From assembly GCF_001194135.2 (NCBI RefSeq), contig NC_068998.1, forward strand, positions 14,055,355-14,089,380: a stretch of DNA of 34,026 nucleotides, in the 5' to 3' direction. Positions 1-9,978 of this stretch are shown here, piece after piece. This DNA comes from Octopus bimaculoides (lineage: Eukaryota). Position 1 is the first letter of the stretch. Each line of letters starts with the position of its first letter. The notes below the pieces were generated by a model. That model was not told the origin of the DNA, made no database searches, and saw nothing but the letters and a program-made list of their open reading frames with translations. The position numbers and the translations under genes were made by a program.

Positions 1-31
1 GGGTCAGCCACATTTAAATGGCAAATATACT

Positions 32-62
<31 letters not shown>

Positions 63-70
63 GTAACGAT

Positions 71-300
71 GCGTCCTGCCCTAACTCTTCGAAACGCCAG
101 TGTTAGAATGGTGGCAGCTGATGAAGGAAATGTTCTCTATGTGGCCTGTGTGTTTTCTGCACTCTGTTTATCATTTTGTCTACGTTTTGTTTGTAACGTC
201 TTGTACCCAGATATGCATCTATATATACAGGTAGATGTAGGTATGTACATACATATACTTATATATGCATATACTCATTTATTATTTGTATATATACATA
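71..300 (+). mobile_element. Interspersed repeat copy 1 with hammerhead-like core motifs; probable Penelope-like element (PLE) pseudo-LTR remnant
   Basis: Seen: CTTCGAAACGCC (87-98) and GGCAGCTGATGAAGGAAA (113-130), then a T-rich tail and TGTACCCAGATATGCATCTATATATACAGGTAGATGTAGG; all recur at 538-800. CTGANGA and GAAAC motifs ahead of a T-rich tail are typical of PLE pLTRs (established). The family assignment is inference. Confidence 0.5.
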
Positions 301-304
301 TACA

Positions 305-330
305 CTAGCAGAGATACCCGGCGTTGCCCG
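305..330 (-). mobile_element. Helitron-like 3' terminus
   Basis: The minus strand reads CGGGCAACGCCGGG-TATCTCTG-CTAG then T: a GC-rich imperfect hairpin a few bases before a terminal CTAG followed by T, the canonical Helitron 3' end. The 5' end was not identified. Confidence 0.5.
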
Positions 331-510
331 TGTGACATGAACTACTATCTCTCTCTGCTCAAGTTCATCACATCACAGCGTTCAGTATCTCATCTCGTTC
401 GGCTTAACGGCCCTTAACGTTGTTTTCACTATTTAATTTTTCCTGTCTTGGTTTTTGTTTGCTACTTTGGAATCCTCCGCATAATAGGTTAATCCGCTTC
501 GCGGGAAGAG

Positions 511-800
511 CTATTCTAAGACCGATTTCTGCCTCATCTTCGAAACGCCTAGTTTAGAATAGAGGCAGCTGATGAAGGAAAAGTTCCATAAGTGGCTTGT
601 CTGTTTTCCTATGTGTTCGTTCTGTTGTCCGTAAAAAAAAAGTCCGTTTTTTGTGCTTTGCTTATGTTCCCGTTCCTTTTTTGTCCACGTTTTTTTGACA
701 TCCTGTACCCGGATATGCATCTATATATACATGTAGATGTAGGTATGTACATACATGTATGTATACATGCATATGCTCACATACCATTTGTATTATTATT
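511..800 (+). mobile_element. Interspersed repeat copy 2, a diverged direct repeat of 71-300
   Basis: Identical blocks at 538-549 and 564-581. The block starting at 704 differs at 2 of 53 nt from the block starting at 202. Confidence 0.55.
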
Positions 801-918
801 NNNNNNNNNNGTCCACGTTTTTTTGACATCCTGTACCCGGATATGCATCTATATATACATGTAGATGTAGGTATGTACATACATGTATGTATACATGCAT
901 ATGCTCACATACCATTTG

Positions 919-928
<10 letters not shown>
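683..928 (+). repeat. 118-bp identical duplication across a 10-N gap (probable assembly overlap)
   Basis: 683-800 equals 811-928, and both end in an (ATT)n run. Confidence 0.85.
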
Positions 929-980
<52 letters not shown>

Positions 981-1003
981 TAACAGAACAGATAAATAAT
1001 TAT

Positions 1004-1049
<46 letters not shown>

Positions 1050-2993
1050 ACACACACACACTCACACACACACACACATATATAATGATTCACAATCAAA
1101 GGTACAGAAATGACGTACTCCGAATGAGTAAAAAGGTGACGTAATCTAATGCTCTCTCCGAATAGACTAAGACCGTATCGCTTTTAGACGTATCATGTCT
1201 TTCTCCTTCTTGCATGCCTAGCTCTCTTTTCTACCCGGCAGTTACCTGGGGTACATAATGCCGTTGTTATTACTATTATTCTCTTAATACTATAAAACAT
1301 CCAAATACCCACTACAGATTCTGTACTCTGACTCTAACAAGACAAATTGTGCTGGAAAAATAAAATTTCTAAGAAATAACTTTTTCTTTCTGCTCATTTA
1401 TTTGATGTATACCACACTGTCCCATCGAGGATCGTCTGCTTAGCTGACTAGATCTCAAGGTCAGTGAGGCAAGTAAGCTATCACACTGCAACATGGCCCG
1501 GACTTTGTGGTGGCCTTTCGCCTACACGCCACTCATAATGCACTCGAATCTCACATCTCACTTTATCTTACATTTTTATTGATTTTAGCCTCTCGTTTTT
1601 TGTTTTGCTCAAATACTTTTGTTTTCTCTTGTTATACTCAAATATTACTGCACCTTCGTCTTTGGTTAAAACAACGTTGCCAACTTATTATATACATACA
1701 TACATTCAATGCCGCGCATTTACATTAATACAATGGCCTTCAACGATTGTTTCCAGCTCTGTGTGGATCATAAGCTCTGATTCCCGACATCGCTTCTGTT
1801 GGATGCTGCATTTAGTGACAGTTCATACATCACTACTTCATTATCCATTTATGGGATAAAAACTTCGTCCTGTATCAGTAAGAAAGTTCGCAACCCCTTT
1901 TATCAAACTCTCGCTACATTTTAACTTGATCAGATTTGTTAACACTGACTGCCATATTCTCATATCATTTTAATAAACCATACAGATTATATATACTTCT
2001 TCCACGGCTTCTTTCAGCCGTTAATTATTTTTCATCTGGTCAACCTCAGATGGTTATGAATAATATATATAAAGTTTTACACAGCTCAACGCCCACAGCA
2101 GTCATCAACGACAGCATCACCGGGTATGTTTAACTTCTCCACCCACTTCAATGCACATAGAAAGCTATACACAAACATTGCAAGAATTATTCCTGTTATT
2201 CAACGGAATGGGAAAAGTAGTCTTTCCTCTCAGCTCCTTTTATTGGAAACTGCCTAGCTCAGCTGATAAGGCTTTATACTGCACAAATGTTCAAACTCAC
2301 TAGAATATTTGTTTACCTGTATACATAATGCAGCTGTTACAGTCTCATTGCACTGTCACATTTCCAGCAGTACTTGGAACTTGGAACTTGGAACTTAAGA
2401 AACATACTTGGCTTTGAGTCGCATCTACATTTCTGTGTGCACCGTAAAAACTATGCTAATGTCATTGTTTAGTTCATTGTTTAACAGCAAACTTGTCTAT
2501 CAGGAGAATAGTGTTATGGGAGACCTTACCGAGATTCGATCTACTAACCTTTCAGTTCACTTACAGAGAATTTTGACTCGTATTCCTTCAATTTTATCAG
2601 CCAAGTTATCAACTTTTCATCTGTAGTAGAGATAGAAAAAAAACCTGCATTCAGAATTTACCTGTCCAACCTCTGTCCCATTTAGCCACCGGGTTTTAAC
2701 TTCATAAAATAAGCAGAGGTAGCGGGTTCATTCGAGTAGTCCTCTTGTCCTTTCCGACAGTAACAACTCAGCAATCGGAAACGTCGCATTTGCTGACGGA
2801 GCCAAGATCAGCTAGGGGCCAACTGTCTCATACATCAGAGCGGCCTATTACATGTAAAGTACAACGCAATCAGCAAAAGCTACATCCGACTCCTACTAAC
2901 TGATCAGCAAACCAACCTGTCACGACACGTGTATTCATCCAAATACTGAAGTATAAATATTTCCACAACTATATAAATTGCCTAACACACACG

Positions 2994-3025
<32 letters not shown>

Positions 3026-4614
3026 NNNNNNNNNNNNNNNNNNNNNNNNNNNNNNNNNNNNNNNNNNNNNNNNNNNNNNNNNNNNNNNNNNNNNNNNNNN
3101 NNNNNNNNNNNNNNNNNNNNNNNNNNNNNNNNNNNNNNNNNNNNNNNNNNNNNNNNNNNNNNNNNNNNNNNNNNNNNNNNNNNNNNNNNNNNNNNNNNNN
3201 NNNNNNNNNNNNNNNNNNNNNNNNNNNNNNNNNNNNNNNNNNNNNNNNNNNNNNNNNNNNNNNNNNNNNNNNNNNNNNNNNNNNNNNNNNNNNNNNNNNN
3301 NNNNNNNNNNNNNNNNNNNNNNNNNNNNNNNNNNNNNNNNNNNNNNNNNNNNNNNNNNNNNNNNNNNNNNNNNNNNNNNNNNNNNNNNNNNNNNNNNNNN
3401 NNNNNNNNNNNNNNNNNNNNNNNNNNNNNNNNNNNNNNNNNNNNNNNNNNNNNNNNNNNNNNNNNNNNNNNNNNNNNNNNNNNNNNNNNNNNNNNNNNNN
3501 NNNNNNNNNNNNNNNNNNNNNNNNNNNNNNNNNNNNNNNNNNNNNNNNNNNNNNNNNNNNNNNNNNNNNNNNNNNNNNNNTATATATATATATGAATATA
3601 AATATGTGTGTGAGTGTGTGTGAGTATGTATGTTTGACTATGTTATGCACACACACACATATACATACACACATTATATGTATGTAGAAATATATACATA
3701 AACGAATGGATGTATGAATAAGCATGTATGTATTTATATACATACATACACACATACATACAGACAGACACATACACACAGATATACACACACACACACA
3801 CAGATACACACACACATACACACTCACACAGGTATGTAGACACAGATATACAGATATTGCTTTACTGCAACACAGTTGTCTGTAATTTTAATAACACTTT
3901 TATGGTTGTTGCATATTTGCTTTTTAGGGATGTTGTTTTTGGTTTTTTTTTTTACGCAAGATGATGGAGAATTGACAAAACTATAAATGTGTTTCGGTGG
4001 TAACAAAATTCGCGAGTACTTCAGGGGGAAAAAGAGATCCCGGCTGATTTCACCGAACACAAAGGAAGACTGTTGAAAGTGTATGAGAAATATAAATGTA
4101 TGAAAACAATCATTTAAACAAAAAAAATGCTATAATATAAATAAAAGACCTTGTATTTAATATAAAACAATTTATGACAAGTTGAAACTGAATGTAATAA
4201 AATAATATTAATGGCCGCCGACATGTTGCTATCGGCTGTTGGTTCACTGGTCGTATTTCAAACGGTAAATTGATAGAGATTTGCTGCAAGGCTGTTATAA
4301 ATGTAAATAATAGAATTGTGTGCTCCGTCGAGGGTACATCAATTATATAGCAGCGAATTAATACTGAATGGAAAACACATAACAACAATAGGAAAATGGA
4401 GTATTTCTTCGTTCGTACTTTTACTTAAGGGACAATATTTCAAACTGTTGACCTGTTATTGTTGAAAATTCAGTGTCGACTCTTACGTGCAATATGAAAT
4501 TACTTCCAATTATTTTTTAAAAAATCTAAAACAAATGGGTGAGTCGATTGAAAAGACATGCGATTGATTTTCGTTTGAATATCATATGCGGCTTACAATA
4601 TATTGCAAACAATA

Positions 4615-4815
4615 CGAGGAGGTGCTGAAAAGTTCATGGCTTTAAGGGTATCACGAAAGACCTGATTGGAGGCCCAACCTTCTGAGTTCTTTTACAGGGC
4701 TTAGAAAAACTGAAGAACCACCGTAATAAGTGTGTGAATCTGAGAGTGGAACATATTGAATAAAATCATAATTAGCTGATTCTCCTAACGCCAGGAACTT
4801 TTCTGCACTCACTCG
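4615..4815 (+). mobile_element. Non-autonomous mariner MITE (201 bp) with TIRs and TA target-site duplication
   Basis: The left end is TA|CGAGGAGGTGCTGAAAAGTTCATGGC. The right end reverse-complements to TA|CGAGTGAGTGCAGAAAAGTTCCTGGC. The interior translates to GLEKLKNHRNKCVNLRVEHIE*, matching the mariner transposase C-terminal motif (W.KC....G.Y.E*). Confidence 0.9.
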
Positions 4816-5239
4816 TATATTGTATATGCTGGTCAAAGTAATCTTACAAATACGACTTGATTCTTCTACTATTCTCACCAATTTTTTAAATTTAGTCTTT
4901 TCCTCACTATGATTCCTGTTCCTAAAATAGGTAGAATACACAAGTGTTGCGAACTTAGGATAGGAGGATACTCGATTGTAAAACGATATTTTATGGACAC
5001 ACACACACACACACACACACACAAACCCATATGTAAAGTATCCAGTGCAATCTAATGGTAGCTAGTGCAAAATTTCAAAAGGTGAGGACGAATCCATTGG
5101 TGAAGATCCATGAGGAAGTGTAACATCCTGAAGCGTATGCAATAGAAGAGGAAAGCTCTAGAATTTGATATTAACTAATATGTAACTTCTCTTTTTCTTA
5201 CCATATTTCCCCCCTTTTTTTTCTGTACCTCTTTCTCTC

Positions 5240-5380
5240 ATTCTAACTGCCTGAGGAAGCCCTTAAGATTGAAACGTAAAACACTTCATTATTTTTGTAT
5301 AATTTATTAGGTGTCAACCTAAAAACCATTTTGTTAACAGTGTCTTTTATGCGTTGTTGTTACCTTGTCAACTTTGCATA
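5240..5380 (+). mobile_element. PLE pLTR-like remnant with degenerate minimal hammerhead motif
   Basis: CTGAGGA (5251-5257), A-GCCCTTAAGATT, then GAAA-CGTA (5271-5278), followed by a T-rich tail. Stems I and II do not pair well. Confidence 0.4.
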
Positions 5381-5764
5381 TACACACAGAACGCACACGC
5401 ATGATCACGCGTACACTTAATTAAATTTATACATACATCTAAGTAAGTATAGCAATTATATATGTACGTATGTATGTACGTATACGTATATTTATGTATG
5501 CAGCGCGTATACACACACATATACATACACCACAAATACATACGTAAGTATACACATATACAAACACATATTCATAACCATCTAGCTCCAGAATATAATT
5601 TAATTAGATAAAGAAATCGATAATTATAATGTTTTGTTAATTAAATATTATATCTATTTTTTGCTTTTCATGTTTTTTCCTCTTTAATAAGTAAAATATT
5701 TTAGGATTCCATTTAAATGAATTAATAATTCTTGATAATTGGCTGTGTATATTGTGTGTTGTTA

Positions 5765-5870
5765 TGGTGGCGAATTGATAGGATCGTTAGAGCTTCCCAA
5801 AAATATTTGACGCTACGTAGTCTGGCTCTTACTCTGATACTGCTTCGATTAGCCTTGTCATTCATCTTTT
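5765..5870 (+). mobile_element. Degenerate tRNA-derived SINE, 5' part, related to the 19463 and 30280 copies
   Basis: GGCGAATTGATAGGATCGTTAGAGC...GCCTTGTCATTCATCTTTT aligns by eye to GGCGAGCTGGCAGAAACGTTAGCAC...CTTTGCCTTTCATCCTTT. It is truncated by a gap. Confidence 0.5.
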
Positions 5871-6482
5871 NNNNNNNNNNNNNNNNNNNNNNNNNNNNNN
5901 NNNNNNNNNNNNNNNNNNNNNNNNNNNNNNNNNNNNNNNNNNNNNNNNNNNNNNNNNNNNNNNNNNNNNNNNNNNNNNNNNNNNNNNNNNNNNNNNNNNN
6001 NNNNNNNNNNNNNNNNNNNNNNNNNNNNNNNNNNNNNNNNNNNNNNNNNNNNNNNNNNNNNNNNNNNNNNNNNNNNNNNNNNNNNNNNNNNNNNNNNNNN
6101 NNNNNNNNNNNNNNNNNNNNNNNNNNNNNNNNNNNNNNNNNNNNNNNNNNNNNNNNNNNNNNNNNNNNNNNNNNNNNNNNNNNNNNNNNNNNNNNNNNNN
6201 NNNNNNNNNNNNNNNNNNNNNNNNNNNNNNNNNNNNNNNNNNNNNNNNNNNNNNNNNNNNNNNNNNNNNNNNNNNNNNNNNNNNNNNNNNNNNNNNNNNN
6301 NNNNNNNNNNNNNNNNNNNNNNNNNNNNNNNNNNNNNNNNNNNNNNNNNNNNNNNNNNNNNNNNNNNNNNNNNNNNNNNNNNNNNNNNNNNNNNNNNNNN
6401 NNNNNNNNNNNNNNNNNNNNNNNNNNNNNNNNNNNNNNNNNNNNNNNNNNNNNNNNNNNNNNNATATATATATATATATATA

Positions 6483-6600
6483 CGGATTGGCCAAAAGCCA
6501 CAGGACAGTAAATCAAAACCATTTAGTTCCAAGATTAAAACAAAAAATTATTTTATATGAGACTTCACTAATAAACAGACAAATGTTGAAAAAAAATCAG
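6483..6600 (+). mobile_element. Possible Tc1/mariner-type terminal remnant
   Basis: TA|CGGATTGGCCAAAAGCCAC resembles Tc1-type TIR starts and directly follows a (TA)n run. No partner TIR was found. Confidence 0.3.
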
Positions 6601-7605
6601 TGATTTTAACTCATACCATTCAATTATTAAACATTCATAATTGGAATGAATAAATAAAATTGAATATTAAGTATCTATGGAATTTTGATTTACTGTCGGG
6701 TGACTTTTGCCTTACATTTTTCATTCGACTTTTTCTGTTTCTCTTGCACACCCTATTACTACCACTTTTAAAAAAAACTTACAACGCGATGTTTCTCTTT
6801 CTCGCATTCTCTCCCATTTCCTTGCTTTCTCTCGCTTCTATTTAATTGTTTTTCTTGAAAATAAGTGATTACAAAGTTTTACTTTGACATACTTTGAGAA
6901 TATTTGTGAAAAGTTTTACACTGTATCTATTTATCACATCAAAATTTTTCATCGCAAGTTTCAAGTGTAAACAACGGTCCTTTGAGTAATGAATGCCTGA
7001 GTTATTTTCTGTAACTATGTCAATTTTGTATTTATTATTAGGTGATATATCGATTTCATTTAACATATCCATTGCAATACAATAATACAATATACATACT
7101 GCTCTGTTAGTTTCCACACCAGAATTTTTCAGTTCAACATAGGTCGTCCACAAAGTATGTAACTAAAACAAAATGGTTGACAACAAAGGCACGACAGCAA
7201 AAGGAGAAAAAGGCAACTAAGTTAGAGAAAGCCAGAGTAAAACAACTCAAAGAAATATATGAATACGCATGTAGGCGTATAGAATATGATTCTGTTTCTG
7301 CTGTACACGACAGTGAGGCTAGGGTATCTCAGGAAGAGAATAATCAACTTCGGAAAAAATATACTGAACCAGCTTTTACATCCTGTGAATATTTTGGTGG
7401 CAATTTAATAACCATTATAGACAGAATGTCTCATGCAAATAGTAGTGAGATTCAAATAGGAACAATAGTGCAAACAAACACGATGCTGTGGAATCACACT
7501 GAATATGTATAACGGGAGTAAACATGAGAGAAAAAAAACAACTTTCAAACTACAAATCTGTTAAAGGATTGGGCAATGACTACCACTTTCGATGACTTGC
7601 AAGAA

Positions 7606-7638
<33 letters not shown>

Positions 7639-7842
7639 ACACACACACGCACGCACGCACGCATGCACGCACGCACGCACGCACACACACACACGCACAC
7701 ACAGCACTTTCGATGACTTACAAGAACATNNNNNNNNNNNNNNNNNNNNNNNNNNNNNNNNNNNNNNNNNNNNNNNNNNNNNNNNNNNNNNNNNNNNNNN
7801 NNNNNNNNNNNNNNNNNNNNNNNNNNNNNNNNNNNNNNNNNN

Positions 7843-7876
<34 letters not shown>

Positions 7877-7879
<3 letters not shown>

Positions 7880-7999
7880 TAGTGAGAATTTACAAAAAAC
7901 AAAAGACGAAGACGAGTGTGTAAACAGATGTATTAGTTTAACGCTCGGCAAGTGAGAAGGTCTTTTAATTTTCGAGTCTACGCTCTTCGACAGAAAGGA

Positions 8000-8002
<3 letters not shown>
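7877..8002 (-). mobile_element. PLE pLTR-like repeat with degenerate minimal hammerhead motif
   Basis: The minus strand reads CTTT-CTGTCGA-A-GAG-cgtaga-CTC-GAAA-ATTA-AAAG, then a T-rich tail ending in (TA)/(TG)n. Stem I (CTTT/AAAG) and stem II (GAG/CTC) pair. Confidence 0.6.
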
Positions 8003-8035
<33 letters not shown>

Positions 8036-8047
8036 GCATATATATCA

Positions 8048-8140
8048 GGATACCTGATTGACTGAAAGCTGTAAGAGCGTCGCACTGGATGCTCGGTGGC
8101 ATTTATCTCATCTCTCGAGATTGTGAATTTAAATCCCTCC
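8048..8140 (+). mobile_element. Highly degenerate tRNA-derived SINE head
   Basis: GACTGAAAGCTGTAAGAGCGTCG...GAATTTAAATCCC has A-box and B-box-like remnants at the same spacing as the 19463 and 30280 heads. Confidence 0.35.
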
Positions 8141-8374
8141 ATCGCCTACAAGAGTGGTAGACTTAATCCGTTTCCTGTTTAATGTCATCACCTGGGACTT
8201 TGGGTATCTTTAGTGGAGTTCACTATGCGGCTTGCACACATTCAGGGTAGCGCACCCGGTTCGAGAATACCTTCCTTCTTTCCTTTATTTCTCCCCTACT
8301 CACATCAATCTCGGAAGCCCTGTAAGGGCACATAGGCACTACTTTCCGAATATGTTTGTCAGGAGCCCTAGAAA

Positions 8375-8633
8375 TCATAAAGCCAGAATTTAATCTGGTT
8401 TCCACGACATATAAATGATTGAAATTACAAAGCTCCTTATTGAATAGGATGCTGATACTTGACAGGGTCGACTTTTTAGCTGTTGCTAGAATTCATTTAC
8501 AGTCGAGTGGATTGGAACAAAGAAAGTAAAAGTATTTTATTCAACAGTATATACGTCCCACCCGATCTGAGAATCGAAACCACGATTATGCGATCCCCTG
8601 TGCAATATTCTAACCACTAGGCCACGCACCTTC
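8375..8633 (-). mobile_element. tRNA-derived SINE, near full length, same head family as 14226-14327
   Basis: The minus strand starts GAAGGTGCGTGGCCTAGTGGTTAG (A box) and has GGTTTCGATTCTCAGATCGGG (B box). The 14226 copy reads GAAGGTGCAATGGCCCAGTGGTTAGG...GGTTTCGATTTCCAGACCGGG. Confidence 0.75.
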
Positions 8634-8691
8634 GTTCCTTCACAACTTGAGCAAAAGTACAAAAAGGAAAAGAACCTAAAAAAAAAAGCAC

Positions 8692-8818
8692 AAACCCATG
8701 GTTTCAGGTTCAGTCCCACTGTATGGCACATTGGGCAAATGTCTTGTGCTATAGTCTTGGGCCGACCAAACCACTGTCAGTGGATTTGGTCGACGGAAAC
8801 TGAAAGAAGTCCGTCGTA
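8692..8818 (+). mobile_element. tRNA-derived SINE 5' half, same family as 30956-31149
   Basis: CATGGTTTCAGGTTCAGTCCCACTG...GGATTTGGTCGACGGAAACTGAAAGAAGTCCGTCGTA aligns with 30990-31112 and ends in an internal microsatellite. Confidence 0.85.
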
Positions 8819-9919
8819 CATACATACATACATACATACATACATACATGCATACGTACATACATACATACATACATACATACATACATACATACATGCA
8901 TACATATAAATATAAATACAAATAAATATATATATATATATATATATANNNNNNNNNNNNNNNNNNNNNNNNNNNNNNNNNNNNNNNNNNNNNNNNNNNN
9001 NNNNNNNNNNNNNNNNNNNNNNNNNNNNNNNNNNNNNNNNNNNNNNNNNNNNNNNNNNNNNNNNNNNNNNNNNNNNNNNNNNNNNNNNNNNNNNNNNNNN
9101 NNNNNNNNNNNNNNNNNNNNNNNNNNNNNNNNNNNNNNNNNNNNNNNNNNNNNNNNNNNNNNNNNNNNNNNNNNNNNNNNNNNNNNNNNNNNNNNNNNNN
9201 NNNNNNNNNNNNNNNNNNNNNNNNNNNNNNNNNNNNNNNNNNNNNNNNNNNNNNNNNNNNNNNNNNNNNNNNNNNNNNNNNNNNNNNNNNNNNNNNNNNN
9301 NNNNNNNNNNNNNNNNNNNNNNNNNNNNNNNNNNNNNNNNNNNNNNNNNNNNNNNNNNNNNNTCGTTTTATTATTATTTTTTTTTGTAGTAAAAAGGCAC
9401 AATGGATCTAGCATTACATTATTTAATTCGTACTTCCTCTTCTAGCTTGATAGTGTCTGATTTGATGGTGATATGGTTTATATTGCTAACAGTTCAAACG
9501 ACCTAGTAGATGCAGCCATTTGCTTTTTTTTTTTGACTGATGATCCGTTGATAGAACACTAAATATATGGTAGATAATGGAATCTTCAAACCTTCGACTA
9601 AAAAAAAAACATCTGAATACAATAAATGATTTTATTGTAACAGTAACAAAAAAAAAAGAAAAAGAAATCATTGATTTAAAGACAGAAATCATAGATTTTG
9701 CATCTTTTTTAATTTTTCATCAGATGCTGTGTGTGTGTGTGTGTGTGTGTGTTCGCGTGTGCATGTGTGTGCGTGCGTGCTTGTGTGTATGTGTATAAGC
9801 ATTTAGATTTACATATGTCAGTGTGTGCTCTTTTCCCTCTCCCATTCACTCTCTCTGATCTACTCCTACACACATATGTATGTATGTATATCTCTCTCTC
9901 TATGTATACATGCATACAC

Positions 9920-9978
<59 letters not shown>

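Noticed and set aside
1100-2960. Complex sequence with faint L1/Tx1-like RT resemblance (e.g. IYKVLHSSTPTAVINDSITGY)
   Set aside because: No ordered set of RT or endonuclease motifs could be recovered by eye. A BLASTX or HMM search is needed before calling it.
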